Assembly (NCBI GenBank): GCA_963924565.1
Contig: OZ004609.1
Span: forward strand, 32,922,001-32,986,000
DNA: 64,000 nt
Source of the DNA: Ascidiella aspersa
Taxonomy: Eukaryota
Reading direction: 5' to 3'
This document shows positions 49,802 through 61,800 of the stretch, one piece after another (position 1 is the stretch's first letter; each line of letters starts with the position of its first letter). The translations under genes and the position numbers were made by a program. The notes under the pieces were generated by a model that was given only the letters and a program-made list of their open reading frames with translations, was not told the DNA's origin and searched no databases.

Positions 49802-52800
49802 ATTGGTATATACATTTATTTTTTGTTTACAAACCCCTACACCTTAAATCATTGTGTGTGCAGTAACTGTACCCAGTCAGAGAATAGAAGCAAGATTGCA
49901 AAACATTATACTCACAATATAATAATAACTTCTGACAGGCGATGACGTCATACTGTCTTCGAGTACACAAGATGCATTTCTTTCTTTAACAACGACAATT
50001 GAAGGAATGCTTCATGGTAATTTAACAAATTTCTGGTTTACTCTTCTGTCCAGTGAGGATGTACAATGCAGACATTTTAATTTGATATCCTAAATTTGAT
50101 GCCGTCCACTGTTTTAGTTAACTAGGCCAATAAAAATTAGAAAAATCTAATAATTTTGTAAAGGGTTTAGGCCAAACTTGTAATGACATACAATGAATTG
50201 AATTTGCCAGAAAAAATTATCGTGTTATTGTATTATTCTTTGGTTTGCTTACTGTGGCTGACATACCTATACCACTGTTTAGGATTTTTTATAGCCTAGT
50301 ATGGGGCACTGACTATTATTGTTGGGCATCCAAGGTGTACTGCTAGGTTTTCCAAAGTTTTTATTTGCATTTGTGTCATGGTTACAATAGTCTTTATAGT
50401 TATCTGTAATGCTGATTGTTTGGTGCATAATACTCTTTTTAGATCGCGATAAAACACAGATGAGTATCAACCTGGCTGATAAGTTGATGCATGGATTTCC
50501 GCAACCTGATGGTGGTAAATGTTGTCTTTAAATTGATTGTTTTGTAAACTTATAAGTTTAACCTTGCATATTTGTTAAAGATAGAAAATCAATGACATGC
50601 TATGCCTGAAGTACAGTAGTCTGCTATTAAAGTGGTTGTGGTACAGCAGTGCCCTTTTATCCACACATCTTAGTAATATTGTTTAATTGATGTAAAGTCT
50701 GTTCTTATTAAAATCAGTTCAACTACTGTAACCTGGCTGTCATAGAGATGCATGTATGTAAAATAAATATTTTTCTTTTGTTGGCAGGCCCTACGTTTTT
50801 CCATAACGCCTCTGCTATTGAGCACCTTGAAAGTGTTGTTGCCACTCTTGGCCCTTTTGTGTGCCAGTTACCAAAGAAACATTCCCGAGATATTGGTAAG
50901 AAATAAATGCTTGTTTGTGAAGTGTGTAAACAATTATTCATTGAAATGTTGGCTTGTAAATGTAATACATAATAAATATTGTTTGTCATTCTTTTTTAGG
51001 GTACTTCGGAGCTGTGCTAGGTGGCCTTATTGGAAACATCATTGGTGATTTGGTTGCAGGTCAAACAGAAATTGCAAGAGGTAATATTTTGTTTGTACTT
51101 GGGTCGTACACAGTACATTAAAAAAGAAATGCTGTTGTGGTGTAACCTCAGATATTTTGTAGAACTTTCGCATTCCCTATCTAGGTCAAATGCAGTACCA
51201 TAACCAAGCCTGTAGTCGATTTTTTCGAACTATTAATTCAGTAGGGTAAAGTAAGCTGACCTAATCATTTGAGTCAGCAGTATACTTTTTAAAACAATTT
51301 CATTTTCTAACTGAGGATGAATATTAGTGCAATTAAATACTTATTTCAATATATACAGCCATCTTTGTTTGATGAAGTCTCTACCTCAACACTTTAAGTT
51401 GGCATATTGGCTGTGGTTGTCAGCTTATTAAACTTCTAACCTAGTCTTGGTCACATGAAGATTTATTTTAAAATTTACATCCCCCTTTTAAGTAAACTTA
51501 TTTGTTTGTTTTTTCAGTGTGTTCCGACTTACACAAACTAGCTGATGTCAGTTAAAAACAATGCTTTGTGTTTTATTTGCAGAAGAAAAATCTTTTTTAT
51601 CCGGGCTTGGGGGCATTGCTGGTGCAGTGGCAAGCATGTCTGGACCAATCAGTTTTAATGATAAAGGTTGGCAAAATGCATATATGAAAACACATTGCGC
51701 TATTGTCAGTTGAGACCATTGGCAATCTTGTAATAGCAATATAATTTTCACTGTGCACACACAGAAAGAAGATACACTACCCTTAACCAGTTGCCTGGTC
51801 CTATTGACACCTCTGATGTATCTTTACTGCTATGAAAAGTTGTCTTTGCATCGTAGGCGAATTCAATTTGAAAATGATGGGGATTCTTTTATTAACCAAG
51901 AAACAAGATGTCAAAGTTCTGAAAAGGATTTTGCTGGGAAGTTTTAAGCCACATCCCCAACTTCCTTGTAAGTACAAAATACAGGCATGACATCGACTTG
52001 GCTAATGGCATCATATTAGCTGTTTCTATTGTTTTGCAATTCTTTGGTTCTAAATACTTTTGGTCTGTGTCCCATAAAGAGCAGGGGTCACTAATTTTTT
52101 CTAATGGGAGAATGCAGTAAGGCCGGTTGATAATAGGCCGGATTACCATAAAAATGTAAATCAATGATTGCTAGCCAAATTTTAAAATTTGTTTTTAGCT
52201 AGACTCTAGTTAAGCTTCATAAACCTTCCGTTCAGTTCGAAATTTTATATAAATTTAGTTTGAAACTACATCCAATAACATTCAAACTGCCTTTGTTAGA
52301 GCAATATGCTGTTGGCTGATGAAATTTCCCTCCTATAGTTTGGTTGGCCTCAATTTACAGGTTTTATAATCTCTACAATATATAATAAAAGGTCAAAGTT
52401 TTAACAATCATTGTGAAATATCACCCTGTAAGACGTTCCTAACACTAAAGTACCTTAAATGCACAAATAATGTGCTTAGTTGTTTAAAACCCCCCTAATT
52501 TAATGTTTGTTTACAAGAAAAAAAATGTTGTGATACAAGAAAAATGTTCAATACAAGAACCCTAAGTAAAACTTTGTCAACTTATCAAATTGTTTGCAAA
52601 GACATTGAACTGAAGCATCATATTTCAAGTTTTCTGGACAACCTCGCCCCCTTTGTTCAAATGTTGGTGACTGAGATGGATGATCAAAGACCAATGGCCA
52701 GATCTACAAACCCTGATGTTACAGTACTTCAACCAAGTATGATTTACTTACACTTTATTCAAGAAATATTTTAAGTTTTAGTCTAATATTTTAACTTGCT

Positions 52801-55800
52801 TTATCCAACGTTTGGCTACCTATCCAGGGTTCTTCCATCAGGGAATGTAAAAACACCACACCCAACATGCCTTCATTGCCTGATGAAGACATCCTGGATA
52901 GGTAGCCTGAACATTGGACAAACAAATAAATACCAGAAGAACTCATTTTCAGTATATACTATGCCTGGCAGCAACAGCATGTTTATTTCAACTAACTTTG
53001 AAATATATACATTAATTAGTAAAACCTTTTTAAAAAATAAAAATATCATGATATTAAAAATGATCTGTATAAACTTAATTATGTTGAGCCACTTTGTTTA
53101 TCAGTTAAGACTTCTTTTTTAGTTAAATGTATGCTTGTACCCTTTGTAGAAGAAATATTTCCCCATGTGGACGATAAATTCCTAAAAATGTTGCGAAGCA
53201 CTTTGTCAATGTCTGGGCTGTTTGGTGGAATCATAAGTACCTATGTCTCCCAACAGTGTAAGTTCTGGTTTATTTATAAGGGCTCTAAATAACACCGAAG
53301 TGAAATGATTTTGTGCAGTAAGTCTGTAAATATTAAATTAAAAAAGCAGTTAACTTTCTATAAGTATTTAAAAAGTATTGTATTAGATTATGTTTACAAT
53401 TACCCAACAACCTTTTTAACATTTTCAATTTCTTTCTTATTAGCAACACAATAATTAACAATAAGACAAATTTGTTTTATCTCATAAGATAGCTAAAAAA
53501 GGGGCTCACTACTTGTGACTTTGAAATAAATATTCGCATTACAGTAAAACAAGTTGGTAGGAGTAAACCAACAAATGGTCTTATTTATTTCTTCAGATAA
53601 AGATGCAAAGCGTGAATTGAGAAATTCTTTGGGCAATGCCCTTCCTTATATGAGAAGGTTTATTCAACAACGCTCATTTTTATATCAAGGTATTCTGCAT
53701 TTTATGCCTATTTTCCATTGAGGTTAATGCACTAATTAACTTTTAGTACCAGGATTCTAACAAAGGCAGTACCCAGCTTTGCCCTGAAGAAAACATTGCA
53801 CATTTGTAAAACTTTCCAATAGAAATACATACTCAAACCCTAATAATTAGAAAAACATACTCAAACCCTAATAATTACAAAAACATACTCAAACCCTAAT
53901 AATTGGATAAGTTATTGTCTGCTGGTGTACAGTGTCTAAATGTTACTCAATGGATACCCGATTAGATTCATCATGGATTAACCATTCTGAATTAAACCCT
54001 CAAAGCATAAACAGTAGTTTATGTATATATTAGTGCTTTGTTTACCGTGTAATATTGTAAATGTTTTATATCATATTATTTTTTCTATCTACTTCTTTAG
54101 CTCAAATATTTGAAACCATCATTGACGACTTGATGTTAGCCACAGAAACCATTGGTTATCACTCGGGTATTTTTGGATTCTTGATGGGAAAGAATCTTCA
54201 AAGTTTTCCTCACATTGGTGTGTCTAAGTAGTAGCTAAATTATCTGGTGAAATAATTTTATAAATACTTGCTCTTTTCTGGTAAAATGATTTTGACTTGC
54301 AATCTTGTTACATGTATGTTTATACAAAAAGCCATTGTTGTTTTTCGTTATGTTAAACTGTGGTGTGTACACAAAGCTTAAATATATTATAAGAAATGTT
54401 TTTTACATTTATACATTATTCTCTAGACCCCAACACAATAATCAAAAGTGTGGCAAATGTTAGTTCAAAGGAAATCATAGAGATGGAAAGTACAATTATC
54501 AACAAAATGGAAGGTAATATGTTTTTGAATTGGTTTGTTCATCTTTAAGTTGTAGCTTATGTTTAATATTTCCTTGCCAAAACCTGTACTTCTAAAATAT
54601 AAAAACTACAAAAAAATCACACTGTGTTAAGGTTTCATTTTTTTGTGCATGCAAAACAAAATAAATATTGTATTTTTTTGTTATTATATTTTTTGGGATA
54701 CTGTGTGACGAAGGCTTAACATGTTTGTGAATCACCATACTTTTACAGCATGAATATTTATTCACTTGTTTTTCTTTAGATTCCATTGATGTACGAAGTT
54801 ATGGTGACAACACTGCTTTAATCTGCCTGAAGATAATGACAGACGGTCAGTTGGTGCAAAATGTTAAAAATTGTGGGACTTTACTGGTCATTTACTTAAA
54901 ATTGACTTGTGTACTGCACATTAGTGGGGCAACAGTTAGTGAGAAAAAACTGATATATAAGTAAGCTAAAGTGTTTCAGATGGTCATAGAGCTGAAATTA
55001 TGCACTTGATTTTTTGAATATTAAAATTTCTTCCCAATATTTATTACTAGTTTTATTACACACAATCTATTGCATTTTAAAAATATATAAATAAGCTAAT
55101 GTGAAAGTTGTCAAAAAGAAGTCTTTTAAAACTATTTCTGTTTCAGCCATAGTAAATAATTTGTATGTTTTTAGTTGTATTGTATTTTGTAGTAATTTGA
55201 ATAGACTTACCTGTCTTTGATACTGTCTACTAGTATTTTATTAATGTATTTTTTCAGCTCTTGGCAAACTCGGAATATTGCATCAGTTTGGTGACAGTTT
55301 GCCGGAAAATTTAAATTACAGGGCACCGTTTGGAGCAAATAGTTCACAGAGTAAGAAAAACTAACATTATTTAATGTTTGGTAAAATTTGATTGTGCAAT
55401 TATTTTAAAAATACATGACTTAGTGAATATCTGTTTGTTGCTAAAAATTCAATTCTGTACACTGCATTAAAGTATGATTCTTTTTTTTCTAAAATAGGTG
55501 GTAATATTAACGCTATATTTGCAGAGTGTTTCGCATGAGGATTCAATCTTCATATTTCAGTCGTTTAAGGCCCGTTTACACTATAGCTGCACTGAGCTGA
55601 GCAAAGCGTAATTTGCATTTAAATTCTATTGTGGCGAGCGTTTCACGCTTTGCTAAACTCAAACCCCGTGCAGCTAGCTTAAAGTTACGCTTTGCTAAAC
55701 TCAAGCCCAGTGCAGCAATAGATAAACGTTCTGTTTTGGAGCGATTTTTACGCCCAGCGCAGCTCACTGCAGCTGCAGTGAAAATGATTTCACGCCAAGT

Positions 55801-58800
55801 GCAGCTGTAGTGTAAACGGGCCTTTAGGCAGCGTTATTATTGCTGTAATGGCAATATGCAAGCACCATAACCACATAATGTATTTGTACCACACTTTACT
55901 CAGTGGCACCAAACAATAGAGTTTGTAAACTTTTTACGAACTTTCTTCAAATGGTAACCATGAATGCCAATTTGTTTGCTAATGATTTATAAATTGTTGT
56001 AACTCTAAACCTACGTTGTTCAATTAGTTTATTGGAAGTAGATTTGAAACAATGTGTGTTTTATATACCACTGAGTTTAAATCACTCAATTCCACTGGTC
56101 AACAAATTTTCACTTTTTTTCTAAACAAGAATTTGAGTATTTCATCTTTGATGTATTTTTTGCGCTGATTTCGAATATACCTTTAGTTTTACTCTAGCAC
56201 ATCACTTTTTGAAAATATCGTCAAATTTAAATTTTCCAAAAAAAAAACGCATTGCAAACAACGCACAACTGTTATACATGGCCCATAAAAACGGTTGACA
56301 TAAAACTTTTTTATACACATAACTCAAGTCATCACCATAGAACTTTTATAATGAAATCTGTAACTATTACCCTCTTCTAAAATCCTTGGTGACGGGGTTT
56401 TATTGCGTTACATACACACCCCATCTATATGCTAAGCAGATAATGAACACCGAACGGAAAATAATGCAGTTTGCATTTTCTAAAAAGTTCGCACACAGTC
56501 GCTAAATGCTAGCCAAGCGAGTAATTCCACCTTTTTACAATGTTCATCCTTTGGAATTTTACTAATATTTTGTTCCAGTAAGATTCTCTTCGTTTTGCTT
56601 ACCTTAGTAGTGAAATTTTAGAAGAGAAATGCTAAACATAGAACTTCATTCCCCGAGCAAAAAATTTTTTTAATAGGCATAGGCTATAACATTTGTGATA
56701 TCAGCAACTTACTGTTCTCTTATAGGCTTATAGTATCTTAGTAATGCAGTTGACAACGCGGCTGTTGTAGCAAAAAGGACCAACTGTAGGTTGTCTAAGT
56801 TTTATTTCCGTTATGTTCTTCTTCTTTCTTTTGGACGTTTTTGTCTCCAAGTTCATATGTCTGGGCAGTTTTCAACCAGCCAGCATTTCGTATCACAGTC
56901 CAGAATAATCAGACTGTTTATCCCGTTGGGATGTCGATAAACAGGGCATTCCGAAATAATGTGGTTAGCGGTCTGTTCCTCCGCGCTTATGTCTTGTACC
57001 ATATCAATCTCAACCAAGTTGTTTTATTTTAATCTTAATACAAGCAGTTCTGACTTTTCTTTTGAAAGAGACGCATCTCTAGAAGGCTGTTTCTGTCTGA
57101 AAAACAGAAGTGGTTTTGTACTTTCGTTTTGCTTATTAACTCTATTCAATGTTAAACTTTATCAGAAAGAATTCAAGGCTTTCATGAGGAGGAAGTGAAA
57201 CACGCATCGGTGTATTATGTGGTATAGGCCTCCTTGCTAAATCTAAAAGCTTCAGTAAAATTGTCCAACTTAATGATATCTGAAGTAATTCATTGCTTGT
57301 CGTTGGTCACTCAAATTTGAAAAATATATGTGACAACATTGCTGATTAAAATCTAGCATTACAAAACATTTATTCATTTTGATTTTTTCTTCTGTAGTGC
57401 TACGAAAACTTTGTTAAACAACATGTTAACTCCGCTCGGATGTTGTTTTTAAATCTGAACATTAACTCCTTAATTACAAAAATCGTTGATAAAAATCTTT
57501 TGTATATTGTTTGTTTAAGAGGTATCAGTAAATAAATAGTTAGAATTGTGTGTGAGTCACATTATAGTTGGATTATGTCACAGTGGACAATTTGCCTATA
57601 TTAATAGTACGGCAATACATTAAAAAAATTAACTGCGAATAGCAGGGCTGGGGAGCCACCGTAAAATAGCATTAGCTCCGGCTCCAGCTCCGGAGCCATC
57701 AGGCAATTATTAAATGGCTCCGGCTCCAGCTCCGGAGTCGTACAACTCAATCATTTGGCTGCGGCTCCAGCTCCGGAGCCATCAAACACACACCCAATGA
57801 CTCTGGCTCCAGCTCCGGTGCCACCAGTCACTTATTCAATGGCAAGTTTTAAAGATTGCTTTTGGCTTACTAACATTGGAAATGGAACAAAATATAATTA
57901 CAACACAAATTGAAAAATGGCCCCAGCTCCACAAAAATAATAAAAAGGGCTCCAGCTCCAGCTCCACAAAAATAATAAAAATGGCTCCGGCTCCGGCTCC
58001 AGCTCCACAAAAATAATAAAAATGGCTCCGGCTCCAGCTCCACAAAAATAATAACAATGGCTCCGGCTCTGGCTCCAGATAAAATGCTTAGCTCCGGGCT
58101 CAAGCTCCGGCTCCGGTTCCCCAGCCCTGGCGAATAGTTCAAAAACCTGATGTGCTAAAAAAAAACTGAGGTCATTTTCAGAATCAGCGCCGAAAACACA
58201 TTAAGAATCAATCTATCACATCCCAGTTTAAAATTTGCTGTTGACCAGTGTTATGAATTTATTTTATGGATTATTGGAGTATAACATTCAAACTTGTTTT
58301 TAAAGTTCATGGAGATAAAATTGACCGCCTTCCAAATTGGATGTTGGCCAATGGAGAAAGACTAACAAAATGGAATGAAATAATTGAAAAGTTTAACCCC
58401 AATGCAACAGAAACAGAATTTCAATTTAATCTTTCTGATTATAACAATTCATTTGGTAAGTTAATAATAAATATGCTTTAAAGATAGTTTTATGAGTAAT
58501 TTTCCTGTTTTGGATTTTTGCATGGCAAAAAATAAAAAAAAAACTTAACCTAATTTCTTTAAAGTTAGCTGCATTTAAAATTCATTTTGATTGCATATAT
58601 TTTGAATGTATCTCAATGATTATCAATTTAAAGTGCATTTTTAGACTTCACAGACAAAATGGATCCATTCGTTCTAGAGTAGTAAGTTTTCATTATTACC
58701 GTACATTTCTTTACTTTTTGTATTTAAAACAATATATTAATTATAGTCAAGAAAATTATGAGTTTAATACTGACTTTACTACATTGAGGTAAAAAAGCCT

Positions 58801-61800
58801 GGTCACTCAGCCAAGAAAACTGGTTACAATAGACAGTGCACTTCATTATTTGCTCAGCACTAATTGCTGTGCTGTAACAAATTTACTTTTATCATAGCGC
58901 TTTACGTTTGCTGTGAAAGATACAAGTTGAAAAGAATCAAACTATGGGTGTGATTAGTATAACCATCTATATAAATTTTAATGAGAGTGTGCATAATTCA
59001 TGCTCCAAATAAATTTGTAGTCATTGTTTTGTGTTGTTGCACATACTAAAATTTTATCCAATAAAGTGAAACTTTCATCTCTAGTTTTGCCACTCACCTT
59101 TTCTGTGACTGTTTTTATGCATTTATGATCTGTCTTTCTAATTTAGCATTGAAGAAGCAGTTCAAAATGAGGATATCAGAAAGACAGAGTTTTTAAACTC
59201 TACTTTGTTGGCAAGTGATTTGTCTCAACAAGAGTTGGCAGATATGCCCTTTTTAATACTGGCATCCTTAACGGTATTTTTCTAGCCTTGACCATTATAT
59301 ATTTATAGTTTTTTTGTAATATATTTGGACTGTATGCACTGCAAATTTTACTATACCACTTGCAAAAAAGGTTGTTACACTACCACTTTCTCTAAACATA
59401 TTTTGGTAACAAATTTATTTGCAAGATACACAACAAAACTTGTTTTCAACTTGTCATCAAATTCAGTATATGACGTAAATCCATAATTAGTTTTTTTTTA
59501 ATTCGTAGCAAAAATAGGCTTCAGTATATAAACTGTTGCTACCAGGCATGGTAATATAAATCAAAAACAGCTCCTCTGGTAATTGTAATTGTTAACCAAC
59601 GTTTTCGGACACTTAAGTGTCATTCACCCTGACGAAGGTGGCTTGTATAGGTTGCCGAAACGTTGGTTAACAATTACAATTACCAGAGGAGCTGTTTTTG
59701 ATTTATATAGGCTTCAGTACTTGATCCCTAAGATTTTGGATTTGAAATAAATTCTTGCATTGTATTTAACAGCCTTAAATTTATGACAATACCTTTCAAC
59801 AAATTTGTTTCAAAGAACTTTTGTTTAATCCTGTATGTTCTTTACAAGGTTTACATATTAATTATGTGTTTTTAATGGCCAGCCATCAAGGGTAAATGAA
59901 TTTGGTATGACCGAAATACAAAGTGTTTTGAACTCATCGGTTCCTTCAGAAGACCTGGCACACCTCACAGAATTTCTCTCCCAGCTAAGTCCCACTTTGT
60001 TCAACTTCACCGTTGATCATATCAATGTAAGTTTTAGGTATAAGCTGCATGTAAAATCTTAAATTAAATTGATTACAATATTAGTGCTTATTTGCAAATA
60101 AATTGGTTGATATTGTATGTTTACTGTGAAGCAAGGTTGGGGAGTCTGAGTCCAACTAGTGACTCAGGACTCCCAAGAAATTGGTCTATTACACTGAGTC
60201 TGATTTTTTACTTAAGTAAGGCTAATTGGGTCTCCATTCCTGACGCGCGCATTCATAGTAACAAATTTGAAACCTATAAGGCTGCACACTGTAAATTGTA
60301 AAGGTGGATTAGCATATGGTGTAGTATTTTGAAACCACGTATAGTGAATTGGTTGGTTGTATGACACACCTATGAGTGGAATGATGTAAATCCGTCTCAC
60401 TTTTGGTTCTTAATGGGTGGAATACTGGATGAGTTAAACTCAGAATGACCCAGCCAAGGTCTTCATGGAGTCAGACTTCAAGTATTTTTTTTCAGTCAGA
60501 GCCTGACTCCGGTTGTTTTTAACTATTGTGCAGCCCGCAGTCGGAGCCTGTATTTAAAAAAGTTGATATCTGTAAAAATGTTAATCTACTGAAATTAAAA
60601 TAAGTTCATTGTTTTAGGAAACTCTTGCAATTCAAGACTCTGCAGTGGCAGATGTAGTTTTGGAAGAGATTGAAGTCATGCACGGTTTTGAGGGAATACA
60701 GGAGCAGCTGTGCAACTTGGTTGAGAGTCTTGACGAGAAAACAATTTACAAATATGCAGTAGGAACAACCACCAGTGATCTGTGAATAGAAATTGTTAAT
60801 ATACATAAATGCTCGATGGTTCTTAGTAGCACAAAGCCATATATTCTTACCAAATAATTTGATTAAAATATATATATACAACGCTCAGTGTTTCAATAAG
60901 ACAGGACAGTGTTTTGTGAGTTTTTCACACAATAATTATTTAGCAGTGATTGACTAATATCACTTTTACAGATCGCTACTGACACCAATATCATTTACTT
61001 TTATTTGTATAAAAGCTATTTATATACCTGAAATATGCTCAAAATTTAAATTAATTGCAAATAAAATTCAAATAACATTTCAATTTAGCTACATTTATTT
61101 GTAAAACTCTTATTTTGCATGTTAACTTAGCATGATGCTAAACACAAACTTTTTTGGGCCCCAAAAAAACAAAAAATTGCTTGTTTTTTAGAAAATAAAT
61201 TATATCATATTTTAGTAGTGAAATAATGGCCAATATATATAGGCCAAACTTTAACGATATTGATAATATATCAGGCTATATATTATTAGTAAAACTGATA
61301 TATTGGTTTATTTTTATTGATTAGTACCCATTATAATCCTTATTTTTTTATTTCATGTCACTTCATCTAGGATTAAGTGCTTGTCAGACTACCACTATTA
61401 TTCACTGAATAAGACGCAGAGAGCTGCAATTGCCGGCTCTTTTGTCGCTGGCCATCAACCATCTTTTATGCTCTATAACTTGCTGGAAAATTTTTCCAAT
61501 GATGTTCCGTTGGATTTTCTCAACCAGTTGTCCCAAAAAGATGTAAGTTTCATGTATTATTAGTTTGCTTGATTATTTCACAAATTACATTCCTAAAGTG
61601 TGCATAAAGATATTAATTGAGCATCATATACAAATTAATCCTTAAAAATAAAAAAATAGATGTAGAATATAGGTCAACAGGAAATTAAGCTTAACAATTT
61701 TTTTGGTATTTTGTTTTTCTATTTTATAGGTGAGAGCAATGATATATGAAGGAAAGTTTGCAAACTATATTCCCTGCTTCAGTTATGAGGAAATGGCAAA

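Noticed and set aside
52828-52901. Exon-like AG...GT segment in the large secreted gene
   Set aside because: 74 nt with a stop in the required phase; flanking exons join in frame without it. A poison exon cannot be excluded.
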